Numbered from the whole stretch's first letter, positions 48,571 through 61,145 are shown. The stretch: 62,311 bases of DNA, filler included, from Dimorphilus gyrociliatus (GCA_904063045.1; 3 parts of 3 records of this genome joined end to end with filler, not necessarily neighbours in it); one strand, 5' to 3'. The notes: a model not told the origin generated them from the letters alone. Made by a program: numbers and translations.

Positions 48571-50813
48571 TTTGGGGACTTATAACCTCTTATGAGATAT
48601 TTGAAATATGGAGGATGAAGAAAAAACTGAATTCTGAACAGTTTCTAAGCCTCATGCAGAGATGTAAGGTTTATAAATGGTCTAATCCAATTCAATTGCT
48701 TCACCGTCATGAAGCTGTTGAATGAATGGATCTTTAACCATCAGCTGGTTCTTTAAACAACTAGAACTAGAACTTAATTTTACTCAATACATATTATTTG
48801 GACGAAATACTTGTGTTTTGTGGATTAATTTCCACCAAAATTACATTTATTACAACTATTTGTCAATAAATTTAAAAAGCTGTATTTGTGTGAGTTTGAT
48901 TTTTTTTTGCAGATTTGACATTGATAAAAATGTAGAAAAGGTAAGAACAAAAAATTTTACTGTACCTTACAAATTCAAATTCTTGAATGTTCATTAAATG
49001 AAAATAGTTCAATTACTAAATTAGTAATTATTGGCTCTAAATTAACCTAATGAACATTGGCATGAGATCCAACATTACAATAAATGTTCTAATGAGGTAT
49101 GATTTGATTATTTTAAAAAGCCAAGATGGATTAGCAACATTTGGAAAATAAATAAATTTAAATATTTTTTCGCTGAAACCGGAAATACAATATGTAAGGA
49201 AAAATATTTGAAATATAAATAACATTGTATTATAATATTATTACTTTTGACTTGCTTTTCCTTATCAGACTCAAAGGGAGCAAGACTCAAATCCTTCCAG
49301 TTGTATTTTTTTATTTTCTTAAATCACTTATATTGAAATTATTTCTAATGTTTTAAACCTCTAATAATAAAGGTTAGTAATCAATACATGGCCATCCTAA
49401 ACACAAACAGTGACCCATTAACCTTATACTTCTATCTTCTTTCTAAGCTTAACAAATCCTTACAACCTTTTTGCCATATTGATGTAAAATTTGAAATGTA
49501 CTGATAAAATAACTTATTCCACAATATGCCTTTAGACAAAATTATGTTTACCTGCAATCTTTTATAGAAATACACTCAATATATAAATTTTTTAATAACT
49601 ATTTTATCTAGAAGTATATCTGATTAATGCATGTTGTGTATTAATAGTATTACATATGTAAAACTGCTTAATATCAAGTAAAATTTATAACAAAAGCACA
49701 TTCAATTGATTTAATTTCAATGTAAGTTAATAAATTTATTAGTTAATCAACCTTAATATTAAAGTTAAAGATTCAAATAACCCTCCCTATTTGTTTATAA
49801 TTTGAAACAATATGTTGCTGTTCATTGTATTTGCAACATGCTAAAAAAAAGTAGATCAACAGACAACAGAAAACGTCCCCAAGCGAGATTTTTGAAAGCA
49901 ACATTTTGGATTGAAAAATGATTGGAAGGAGTCGAGTAGCTTTTGATTTATAGTTAGGGGGTTCCATCTAAGGGTTAGGGAAATACAAGGGCTAGGTTAG
50001 GGTTAGAATTAAACCATGTATTTGGGAACATTTTCTGTAATATCCAGGTCAACGCCGCTTATCTTTACCAGTGCCATCAGCACAGCTCACTAATTGATCA
50101 ATACTACTCATCTATTGTGTAATAGAGCTGACAAATGAATGTGTACACATATCCCACTCCAGTGGTGTAATTTTTAATCAGATCCACATCATATTGTGCT
50201 CATCTAATATCATCATTATATCAATCTGTTTTAGTTCATAAATTTAAGCCTGTATTAGACTTGGCTATGAAATGCAACTAGATACCAACAGATCAACCTA
50301 TCAATGGTGCTATGTTTTCAGGGAATTACTCTACCAGTTGAAGTTAGATGTGACAGAAAACATCCACTAATGAGTGCTTTTTTCCTAACCCTAACCCTGC
50401 CCTTGGCTGTACCTAGCTTTTTCCATTACCCCTAACCTTTAGGGGAGACACCCCAAAGTACAAATCAGTTGCTGTCTTCTTCCTCCTAACCATTTCTCAA
50501 TCTAAAATCTAGTCTTGAAATTTCTCATTTGTTCACATTTTATATCAACGCCATTTAAGTTTACTTAACAAATATTCAAAAATGAAGGATAAGATCAATA
50601 AATAAATAATGTAACTTATTGTTTTTCAATAAAGACTTGAACAATCCTGTTTCATGCTAACATATTCCATGCATCATCATATTATAACTGTAATGATTCA
50701 AAGTACAGTGAATTATGTGTCAGTCTGACAGAATACAACAATTGACTACAATATCTTTAACACAGCCTAGCATTGAGAGTATGATATTCAATAAATGTTT
50801 TTTTACTATTTAT

Positions 50814-53800
50814 TCACAAAGAATGCATCCTTCTCCTTAGCAAAGTAGAACTAAGTTCACCAAAAGAGAAGATATTAGCTCTGAGATCATTTTCCCCTTT
50901 TGAAGGAACAATATCTTCAGAAAAGAAAATAAATTCAGTATCTTTTTCCTCATTCTGAAATAATTATTACTTTTGGTTAATCCTAAAAATATAAAATATA
51001 TGTAAAATTGATTTACTTTGAAGAATATCATATCTGGACAAATTTGATTCTTAAAGCAATAATTATACTCATGAAAACATGATATAACAGTTAGTGTTAC
51101 TTTTAAAATTTTTGATATGTTGTATAGATCATGCAAGTTGCCAAATGAATCCAAAGTTTTATAGTCTTTTTGATATATAACAGTAAACTTTGTTGTTTTC
51201 AGTTTTTTAAAAAATTCAATGACTTTTTTTGAACAAAAGAAAAGAAAAATTAGAAATATTTTTACAGGAAAAAAAGCTATAAGGTATGGTTTTTTTTACA
51301 TGTAAGGCGTTCTTTATAAATTATTTCCTTCTCTCTTGTTTCACTACAAAATAACAAACTATAGGCTTAATTGTAAACTTAAATAAATAGGAAATAACAT
51401 CTTTGTTTTTTGAATTTCCTGTCTACTTAACAGGTGTCTTGAAACTTGAGCATATGAATGAAAAAATGGATTCAAAATGGAATTGATGGGAACCAATAAT
51501 AGAATAATTAATGAATATAATTCATTACTCATTGTTACTTTTAGCATTATTGAAATTATTCCTAATAGAAAATAATAAAAAAATTGATAATTTAAAATAA
51601 TTTTTCAAACCTAAAAATGAAATTGGCAATGAACAAAGAAGATTTGATATTATAATTAAATAAACTGATTTTGACAAAGATTTTTGAATGGTACTTTTTG
51701 AATCAAACAATACTTTTCTCTTTTCAACAACAGTAATAATTTTAAAATAAAAAAAACTGTTTATAATAGAAATTACAAATATTGTAATTCCAAAAATCAT
51801 AAATGAATAAAATGATGAAATTTTTGTATCACTTCTAATATGAAGTTTGAAACAGATTGGGGAATAATTGAAATAATGCTAAAGCATTGAAAGGTACTCA
51901 TTATATTTTGAACTATTTTAAATATTTTTGAGGAAAAAGTTTACTTGAAAGTAAAAGACTGGAAAAAATCCAAAGAACATACTTAAAATCATTATAAGAA
52001 ATGATAGAAAATTAATAATCATTTCAGAAAATATTTGTTTCAATGGGGAAACAATTGCAAAATACTTTTGACAGCTGATCAGAAATAAACTGCTGGTTGA
52101 GCACAATAATGAAAAGTTCATTATACTTCCAATAAATTTACATAATTTTCCTGAAGTCCATATGTCCTGCTGTTCAAAAAAATTACCTTTAAAATATGTA
52201 TTTGCTGATGCAATGGCAATTAAATAGTTTGATGTCAAGAGGTCAGAGAATGACATTAGAATATAAAATGTATTATTTCTCTCCTTTAATGCTATAAAAT
52301 GAAAGATTAATGTAATGCTATTGAGAAATGTTCCAATTAAACCAAAACACCATAGAAATATGCTTAAATATTTTGATGCAATTAGATCAGAGCATGTATT
52401 AAAAATTGTAGAAGATGGTTTACAAAATGTCACTGTTTTTGCAAATTTATAAGCAAAACAGCAAGCTCTAAAGTAATTACTCTTTAAATTGCGCAATTTT
52501 CTCAAATGTTGCATCATATTCTTTAAATTTCTATTTGGAAGTTGACTTAAAGATAAATCAAGAAAATGTATATTATTCTTGAAAAAAATATTCTTCTCAA
52601 CAAAAGTTAAACTACATCCTCTAATATGTAAATTAGTTAACTGTTCAACATTGAAAAAAGTCTCTTTACTTAGAAAAGTTATATGTGTAAATGATAAATC
52701 TAATTCTCTTAGAAAACTGAAAATACTTAAGTTTGATATTGTTCTTAAAGGATTAAAAGAAATATTTAAATTTTCTAGAATAATTTTTCTGTTTTCTTTT
52801 GAAAAGTATTTAAAATATCTTAATTTATTTTTTGATATATTTAAATAAATTAAATTTGGTGTTTTGAAATTTTGAATAAAATTTTGAATATCACAATTTA
52901 TTGCTATTAATTTTGTTAAATGTGTTGAAGTTAATGATTCATTTAATCTAAAATCAATTAGGCTCAAGCCTTTTATATGATAATTGATTGTTGATAGTTG
53001 AAAAATCATCTTATTTTTTACAAAAATATTTGATTGGCATTGAAATTCATAGGAAAGATGACAAGAACATTCTTTGGGGCAAACAATTGGATTATTCCAC
53101 AAACAATATATTTCATCATTTCCTCTTTTACAATTGATTATTCCATCACATACCTTACTTATATTTATATATTTTTTATCACTCTCACATTTAAAATATC
53201 CTTCTGGCTTAAAATTCTCTACAAAAATCCATATTCATTAAAATAGTTCAAGTCACTTGAATAAAATTAATACTGCAGTTCATTTCATCATCATTATACC
53301 AACAATGATTAATTCCATCACAAACTTGTTCAATAGATATACAATATCTAGATGATTGACATAAAAACTCTCCCTCTAAACAACTTTTTCTCCTACAATA
53401 TTTAATTGGTGAAAGTGGATCTCTAACTGAAAAAGCCAAATTTCCAAGTGAGTTATACAATATTCTGCAATCTTCCATTGTGTTTTTAAAATAATTATAT
53501 CTGCAACAATCAGTTTTCTCTTCAATTTGAAAGTTTTAATAATTTTTTTAGTTCTTCATACCGTTCTACAATTGTTAACTCAAAATTTTTATCACAATAT
53601 TTATCATCTTCATCTGTTCCATCAATGCAATCATACACATAATCACAGATAATATGTCTTTCTTTACAAGTATTATCACACATGAACTGTGACTTTGGAT
53701 TACAGACTACAAAAGAATTTTATTATCTCCAATAGCTTGTTAATAATAATATTCACCATGTAAAAGTCCATCTTGTTGCTGATAAATCACACATTCTTCA

Positions 53801-55406
53801 TCACTTCTGTCATAACAATTTAATTCATTATCACAAATTTTAGATTTTTTAATACACTGTCCATTTTTACAAAATCTTATTATTGAGTTATTGAAACAAA
53901 AAATAATTTGTCTTTTAATTATTTGAATGTAAAATATTGAAAAAAGAAATCTACTTTTTCAAAGGTGGACAAGTTTTGTGTTCTGTAAATGATAAAATAG
54001 GATTTGTTAGATTAGCTCAAGTTATGATCTTACCACAATAGAGCTCATCTGATTTATCATTACAATCATTTCGAAAATCACAAACATTTTGATAAGGAAT
54101 ACTTTGGTTATTAGAATAACATTGGAATTTTAATAAATTAGTACAATTAGTCTCATCTTGTCCATTAAAACAATCATATTTTCCATCACAAACTTGAACT
54201 AATGATATACAATTTTTTTCATTTGAACAGTAAAAACTAGTTTTTGGACAAGATGAGGAAAGAATCATACTTTTCATCCAGTTGCTAATGTTGAGTGTAA
54301 TGTTGGCTAATTTTTTTTAAAAAATTGCTTGAATATTTAAATTTAAAAAGAGAAATAAATATGCAGGAATATTTGAAAAAAAATTACTTGGGAATGATTG
54401 ACAAATTAAAAAAGAGTTAACCATTTTCTTGCATGGTATAGATGTTTTTACATATATTACATCTGATTTATAACCCACTTTTCTTTTTAAAAGAAAACAA
54501 TGGCCATTTGGATAGCTTCTAGCTGCAGATGTAGTAAAAATTTGTAGTTCTAAAAGTATGTCGAAGCCTTCTTCTCTATTAACTTCATAGTAGTTCTATT
54601 TGAAGAAATGCTCACTTAGGTGAATAGAGAGATTTTTATAGAAAAGCCAATAGGATAACTGGGTTACATTAGGATTTTTTTACACTAAGCCTTTGTTAAA
54701 CATTTCGCTATTTGTATTCAGTTATCCTTTGAATTATTATTTACTTCTCTATGAGTTCCAGACCAAAAATTCCATGGCATATTTGTTGGGGTTGTTAATA
54801 TATTTTTATCGTTTGCTTGAATTGCTAATTGACAGTAAAATGTTTATGAATGTATCACTTTTGATTGTATAGAATGAGATTTTGAAAATTTGTTCCAAAG
54901 CAAATTTTCAATTTGACAAATTTAAATTGTTACAATCATTTTCAAAATAAAATTTACCCATTGGAATGTATAGTCCATTCTTTCTATCAGAGTCTACTGA
55001 AGGAAATAGTTCACTTAAAAACATGTTAGAATCTACAAAGTCAAGGGAAAAGAATTTCCAGTAAAATAACATTCTAAAAATCTTTGAAGCATAGTTGAGT
55101 GGTTCATCAATCATGTCTAAATTCATTTTTTTACATTTTTCTTGATAGTCATGAACAGATCCCTTTGTTTTCTCTTGAATGATGTAATAGCATATATCAA
55201 ATAATCTAAATTGTGCATTTGGAGGACAAACTGCAAAAAAAATAATAATGGCCAATGAGTTGAATTTTTTAAATATGATAAATTTATTTTAAATAACTAG
55301 ATGAGTCTATCTTTGAACACTTGATAAAATAGCTCTCATGAATAGTCTCTTTTATGTTGTTATTTCTGGATTGAGACAAATAAAATATGTTTTAGAAATG
55401 GATATA
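50814..55406 (-). CDS. GRL101-like receptor: (SRCR-like)-CTL-at least 6 LDLa-LRRNT-LRR-7TM with a spliced pseudokinase-like tail; 5' end lost in the gap
   Basis: CTL CPPNAQFRLFDICYY..YQEKC; LDLa at 54017-54277, ~53500-53900, 53248-53478, ~53100-53215; CPKECSC LRRNT; LRRs; FRACC hinge; SFSDLL, WTSGKLC, SCQKY, ISNLLCSLP, VPINSILNPFF. Tail exons 51300-51343, 51017-51222, 50814-50954. Confidence 0.88.
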
Positions 55407-55506
55407 NNNNNNNNNNNNNNNNNNNNNNNNNNNNNNNNNNNNNNNNNNNNTTAATTAATTAANNNNNNNNNNNNNNNNNNNNNNNNNNNNNNNNNNNNNN
55501 NNNNNN
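55407..55506. other. Assembly gap / artificial linker N44-TTAATTAATTAA-N44
   Basis: Identical to 30076-30175. Confidence 0.95.
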
Positions 55507-55831
55507 GGCAAACCTCAAAGTATATAAATCCTCACTATTCTCATTCTGCATGCAGCTTCCATCTGGACCCAAGGACCTGGAAAGATAACCTAGAAACAAG
55601 CTCCACTGGAACCATCTACCTACTCCTCAACATAGGAAGACAGTTTGGTAATTTGGCAACCTGCTATTACGAACTATCTACTCTGTTATCAAACTCTCAT
55701 ATTGTTACTTGCTTAAGTATTATTATTTGCGAATAAACCGTTTTAATTTAAACATTTGTTTAAAAGGTTCGAGTAGAACCAGTATTGTTGTAACTTGCAA
55801 ACACATAGATTTTGCCAGCAAGAGCAGTACA
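55507..55831 (-). mobile_element. Solo-LTR-like element, copy truncated by the gap
   Basis: Matches ~44677-44998. Ends in gagcagtaca followed by GTAT. Confidence 0.85.
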
Positions 55832-56750
55832 GTATGATTGCAAAGATCTACAACCCCTTGGGCATGATAAACAAATAATCATGCTATTCCAACTTTATTT
55901 CATTATCTTTGAATCTACAATCCAATTAATTGTTAATAGCTGCATATGCAGCAGAAATAAATATAGCATTTCTATACCAGTAAGCCTACTAAGTCAATAT
56001 CACAATTTAAACCTTATAGAAAAGAAGCTAAAATGAAAATAGAAAAAGAAATACCAATAAAAATGTTAGTTAAAGACATGTTGTATAATAGAAAATAGGC
56101 TTACAGTTTATTTATAAATGACATTATAGAGATTTCATTGTTTCTAATAGATTACTTGTTAGTTCAATTACAGAGAAACAATTAGGACTAACAATTAAGT
56201 TTGGAATAGTAGGTAAATCACTACAATTTTTGGAATTTAATCCAGTTGACATAATGCGTATTTGATATTAAGTCCAGGAAAAATTAGGTCAAAAAAAGTT
56301 TTGTCAAAGTCCCGTTCAATATTTATTTATTGATTTATGTGAGAGTTGTTATGCAATGCCTGACTACAGTGTTGTAGAATACTAGTCCAACGCTAGTTAC
56401 CTATAGCAGAACAAGCCATCTGAAAAAAGGAGTATAACGGGTAAGTTTCCTGTATTAATTTTCTAAATTTTCTTAGCTAGTCATTAGTAAAATTTTGAAT
56501 ACCATTTAAGAATAATCACTTTAATAAACAGTTTGTTTAGGATTGTTCTATATTGTTTGCAAAAAAGAAATTCAACTTAAACAAAAGACTGAGCACAAAA
56601 TAAGGCATAAAATTTCATGTAATAATGTACACTTACGAATTCAAAATCAATTTAATTTTAAATAAACTCTGAGGTCAACTCGTTTCTTTATTTGATAAAA
56701 GACTATTTCATGAAATAAAAATAAATTTTACAGAAAGATCAGTCATCAAA

Positions 56751-59700
56751 ATGGACTCCATGCATCTGCTGTGTTTTAACTTTTTTAAAAAAAGACTTGA
56801 AATATCATTACACCAACCATTTACATTTAAACATTTTTGTATACATTTAGTTTCAAAAAATTTGATTAAATCAGATCTGGCAGACATTCTGAAACATCAG
56901 TATAAAACACACAAAACTGACACTATTCAAGAGCTGATAAATTTACTAAATAGCTGCAAGTTACTAGATATTATTAATGTTTTAAAAGAACTCGATGACT
57001 TAAACAAACAATTGGCTGGAAATTTGCTTAATCTGGAATATGTATGGAAAAAGCTAATATGTGATACAAAAGAACAGAGGAGAAAAGATTTCACAATAAT
57101 TAAACTTTTACCATTTTGTGACACAAAAGAAGTAAATCTTAATGATATTGTTATATCTATTAAAATATCAGAAATCATTCGAAAAGATATCATTGACTCA
57201 AGACATATCGATCCTGAAATTGATTATGAACATTTTTATAAAATGTTTTATACAGATTTTAACAAGTTATTAATTCAAGGAGAACCTGGGATAGGAAAAA
57301 GTGTCCATATGAAAAATTTAATCCATATGTGGGCAAATGAAAGATGGAATACTGATCATGAAAAATTGTGCATATTCACAATCCTCAGGAATGTAAAAGA
57401 TAACACAACAATTTATGAAGAAATATATAGACAAAATTTCAAAAATATTGATTATATAAATGAGCATATTATTGAATTATTTTTTAAAGAAAAGAAAAAA
57501 GACATCATATTGTTACTAGATGGAGCAGATGAGTTTCATCTTCCAAAACACGAATTTAATGATATAATCAACGAAGCAAACTGCAATATTCCAACTGCCA
57601 TTTGGACAAGAAATTGGAAAGGTGAACAAATCATAACTACTTGTGATTATGCATTTGAATTAACAGGTTGGAATAATATTCAAATGGAAAAATTTTTTCT
57701 AAAATGTTTTTACACTGATTCTAATAATGAAGCCATTGAATTTATTAATAATGTTGTCAAGAGATATCCAAGGATACAAAATCTTTGTCAAATTCCACTT
57801 TTAGCAATGATTCTTTTTTTTATTTGGAAAGAGAAAGAAGACATTTTTAACAAAACTCTTTTTCAAATATATGAAGATTTTGTTAGTATAGTACAAGAGA
57901 AAAATCTAGAGACCACCAATAAAAATGATTTGAACATGGATAATATATACAAACTATGTTTTAGTAATCTTTCAAAGAGTAAAATTATACTTGACTCAGA
58001 CAATGAAAAAAACATTGAAAATTGTCTAAAGGGATTAATTGATATTGTTCCTGCTAAATTGAAGAAAAAAGAGTTACAACTTTATCATTTATCATTTCAA
58101 GAATACTTTTCAGCAAAATATCTGATAAAAGAGTTTGAAAAGAAACCTGAAAATACAATTTGGACAATGGTAACTTCATTGAATGAGGAGAAAACTTTGG
58201 ATGAATTGTTTAAAGAAAATAACAATATTAGGATATATAATACTTTAGATTTTGTTCAACAATATTCTGAATCAATATTTAAAAATATTCGACTCTCATC
58301 TAAAATTGCACAACAAATGTTTGATTGTAGTGAAAATGTTCAAAGATATTTATCAGATGTCTTAGAAAGCAACAAAGAGATTAAATTAGAAAATGAAGAT
58401 TTAAATGATACTATAGTTGGCTTATTAATAGAGATCAGAGGAAGTTGTTTGTTGGATATTTCTATTCAGAACACCAAGATAAATATTAGTTTTCTTTTGA
58501 AACAACTTGCTCTATATTCTCCATTGGTAACAAACATTAATATTCAAAATGAAGACTTTCACTTTTCATATGAAATGATATTTAAAGAACTTTTAGCACT
58601 GATAACTTCCACAAAAATCACACATTTCAAAATTCGTAATACTGAAGTTTTGGTACAAAGAAAGAATTGTACTAATAATAGTATAATATCAGAATGGAAA
58701 ATTCAGAAATTAACAATTTCAAATAATAGATATCAGAGTTTTTGGGTGATTGGAGCTACATTTGGAAAAGGCCAATTCACAAGTTTAACTGATATTTCAT
58801 ATAATTCAGAAATTTGTTACAATGAGTCATCACTGGAATTTATTAAAAGAAACACATATTTGTGTGATATTACACTGAAAAATAAAATACTGTCAGGAAA
58901 TCAAATAAATGATTTCTTTCAGACTATAAAATACAAAAGACAACATCAAAAATTTAAGAAGGTACTGATACATGATAGCTCAATCATTGATCTCAGTCAC
59001 CAATTTTTTGAGGACTGTTACATATATATATCAAATAATTTAAGAGCAACTCAACAAACAGTCACTTCCAATTATGACAATATTTCTGTGTCAAATATCA
59101 TCAAAATTAAAGTTTTCAGTTCCAAACATATGTTGATTTCGCTAAATTGTTCTAAAGTGATTAACAGTGGTCATAAGACAGAGTTAATAGACTTAAGCTC
59201 AGACAATTTGAAGTGTTTAAAGTGGGCATTGCAAAGTAGATTAATTAACACAATTGATTTTCCAGCTCAAATATGTAACATCAAATCTATTGACAGTTTT
59301 AAAGATATTGTGAATGAGCTTTATGAAATAATCTGCCCAACTCTGGAGATCATTGATATAGACCAATATACAGAGTTAGAAAAAAAACATAGAACAACAT
59401 CTGAACTGCTACTAAAATGTAGCAACATAAAAACTTTTGTATGTAGAAGATTTATAAATGCTCATCTATATCTCAATTTCACAACATTTAAAAATACATT
59501 AACAAACATTATCATTGTGGATTGCAACTTAAATGATCAACAGTCGCAGATATTAGGCCAAAATTTAAAAATATGTGCATCAGTACAATATATCAATTTA
59601 TCACAAAACAAAAATATGGCGGATGGATTCAAAATCATATGCAATGGACTCACATTTTCTTCTAGCAGTATAAAGAAAATCACATTGCAAGATTGTCAAT

Positions 59701-61145
59701 TAAATAATGAACAAGCTAAATGTCTAGGAGAATTATTTAAAGAGTGTTCAATGTTAGAAGATATTAATGTCTCTCTAAATAGAGAGTTGGAAAATGGATT
59801 TGAATCAATATGTGATGGGCTCAAATCTTCATCAAATTCTTTGAAAAAACTTGTATTTAACAGTTGTAATTTAAATGATAAACAAGCTAAATGCCTGGGA
59901 GAAACATTTAAGGAATGTTCAACACTAGAAGACATTGATTTGTCTTGGAATAATCAAATGGGAAATGGATTTAAAGTGATATGTGATGGACTTAAATCTT
60001 CATCAAACTCTTTGAGAAAACTTAAACTCCTTTCCTCTGAATTATTTAATGAACAAGCCAAATATTTGGGAGAAGCATTTAAAAAGTGTTCAACACTAGA
60101 AGATATTAATATCTCTTTCAATAAAGATTTGGAAAATGGATTTAAAGTAATATGTGATGGGCTCAAGTCTTCTTCAAATTATTTGAAAAAAATTAAAATC
60201 TTTTCCTGTGCATTAAATAATGAGCAAGCTGAATGTCTAGGAGAAACATTTAAAGAATTTTCAACACTAGAAGATATTGATATTTATTGGAATAATGAAA
60301 TGAGAAATGGATTTGAAGTAATATGCGATGGACTCAAATTTTCATCAAAGTCTTTGAAAAAAATTAAACTTATTTCCTGTAAATTAAATGATGAGCAAGC
60401 TAAATATCTGGGAGAAATATTTAAAGAGTGCTCAACAATAGAAGATATTGATTTATTTAGGAATAATCAAATGGGAAATGGATTTAAAGTGATATGTAAT
60501 GGACTAAAACCTTCATCTAACTCTTTGAAAAATATTGCACTTGCTGACTGTGAATTAAATGATGAACAAGCTAAATGTCTGGGAGAAACATTAAAAATGT
60601 GTTCATCACTAGAAGATATTGATTTGTCTTGGAATAATCAAATGAGAAATGGGTTTGAGGCAATAAGTGAAGGACTCAAGTCTTCTTCAAACTCCTTGAA
60701 AAAAATTAAATTTGTTTCCTGTAAACTAAATAATGAACAAGCTAAACGTCTGGGAGAAACATTTAAAGAGTGTTCAATGTTAGAAGATATTAATGTCTCT
60801 CTAAATAGAGAGTTGGAAAATGGATTTGAATCAATATGTGATGGGCTCAAATCTTCATCAAATTCTTTGAAAAAACTTGTATTTAACAGTTGTAATTTAA
60901 ATGATAAACAAGCTAAATGCCTGGGAGAAACATTTAAGGAATGTTCAACACTAGAAGACATTGATTTGTCTTGGAATAATCAAATGGGAAATGGATTTAA
61001 AGTGATATGTGATGGACTTAAATCTTCATCAAACTCTTTGAAAAAAATTAAACTTTCTTCCTGTCAATTAAATGATGAACAGGCTAAATGTTTGGGAGAA
61101 ACATTTAAAGAGTGTTCAACACTAAAGTTTAACACTAAAAAATAA
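56751..61145 (+). CDS. Intronless NLR (death-fold-like N-terminus - NACHT - WH/HD2 - ~9.5 x 57-aa LRR units), 1464 aa
   Basis: Walker A LLIQGEPGIGKS; Walker B IILLLDGADEF; IPLLAMI; LYHLSFQEYFSAKYL winged-helix motif; alternating 28/29-aa RI-like LRRs. The end (STLKFNTKK*) looks frameshifted, with LRR-like sequence continuing. Confidence 0.92.
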   Translation: MDSMHLLCFNFFKKRLEISLHQPFTFKHFCIHLVSKNLIKSDLADILKHQYKTHKTDTIQELINLLNSCKLLDIINVLKELDDLNKQLAGNLLNLEYVWKKLICDTKEQRRKDFTIIKLLPFCDTKEVNLNDIVISIKISEIIRKDIIDSRHIDPEIDYEHFYKMFYTDFNKLLIQGEPGIGKSVHMKNLIHMWANERWNTDHEKLCIFTILRNVKDNTTIYEEIYRQNFKNIDYINEHIIELFFKEKKKDIILLLDGADEFHLPKHEFNDIINEANCNIPTAIWTRNWKGEQIITTCDYAFELTGWNNIQMEKFFLKCFYTDSNNEAIEFINNVVKRYPRIQNLCQIPLLAMILFFIWKEKEDIFNKTLFQIYEDFVSIVQEKNLETTNKNDLNMDNIYKLCFSNLSKSKIILDSDNEKNIENCLKGLIDIVPAKLKKKELQLYHLSFQEYFSAKYLIKEFEKKPENTIWTMVTSLNEEKTLDELFKENNNIRIYNTLDFVQQYSESIFKNIRLSSKIAQQMFDCSENVQRYLSDVLESNKEIKLENEDLNDTIVGLLIEIRGSCLLDISIQNTKINISFLLKQLALYSPLVTNINIQNEDFHFSYEMIFKELLALITSTKITHFKIRNTEVLVQRKNCTNNSIISEWKIQKLTISNNRYQSFWVIGATFGKGQFTSLTDISYNSEICYNESSLEFIKRNTYLCDITLKNKILSGNQINDFFQTIKYKRQHQKFKKVLIHDSSIIDLSHQFFEDCYIYISNNLRATQQTVTSNYDNISVSNIIKIKVFSSKHMLISLNCSKVINSGHKTELIDLSSDNLKCLKWALQSRLINTIDFPAQICNIKSIDSFKDIVNELYEIICPTLEIIDIDQYTELEKKHRTTSELLLKCSNIKTFVCRRFINAHLYLNFTTFKNTLTNIIIVDCNLNDQQSQILGQNLKICASVQYINLSQNKNMADGFKIICNGLTFSSSSIKKITLQDCQLNNEQAKCLGELFKECSMLEDINVSLNRELENGFESICDGLKSSSNSLKKLVFNSCNLNDKQAKCLGETFKECSTLEDIDLSWNNQMGNGFKVICDGLKSSSNSLRKLKLLSSELFNEQAKYLGEAFKKCSTLEDINISFNKDLENGFKVICDGLKSSSNYLKKIKIFSCALNNEQAECLGETFKEFSTLEDIDIYWNNEMRNGFEVICDGLKFSSKSLKKIKLISCKLNDEQAKYLGEIFKECSTIEDIDLFRNNQMGNGFKVICNGLKPSSNSLKNIALADCELNDEQAKCLGETLKMCSSLEDIDLSWNNQMRNGFEAISEGLKSSSNSLKKIKFVSCKLNNEQAKRLGETFKECSMLEDINVSLNRELENGFESICDGLKSSSNSLKKLVFNSCNLNDKQAKCLGETFKECSTLEDIDLSWNNQMGNGFKVICDGLKSSSNSLKKIKLSSCQLNDEQAKCLGETFKECSTLKFNTKK

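Noticed and set aside
50880-50954. TIR-like reading of EFIFFSEDIVP..NI
   Set aside because: No TIR box 1, and the flanking motifs fit kinase subdomains VI-IX and the paralogous tails.
59500-61140. Regularly spaced repeats resembling a CRISPR array
   Set aside because: They are 171-bp in-frame coding LRR units in a eukaryotic gene, not repeat-spacer arrays.
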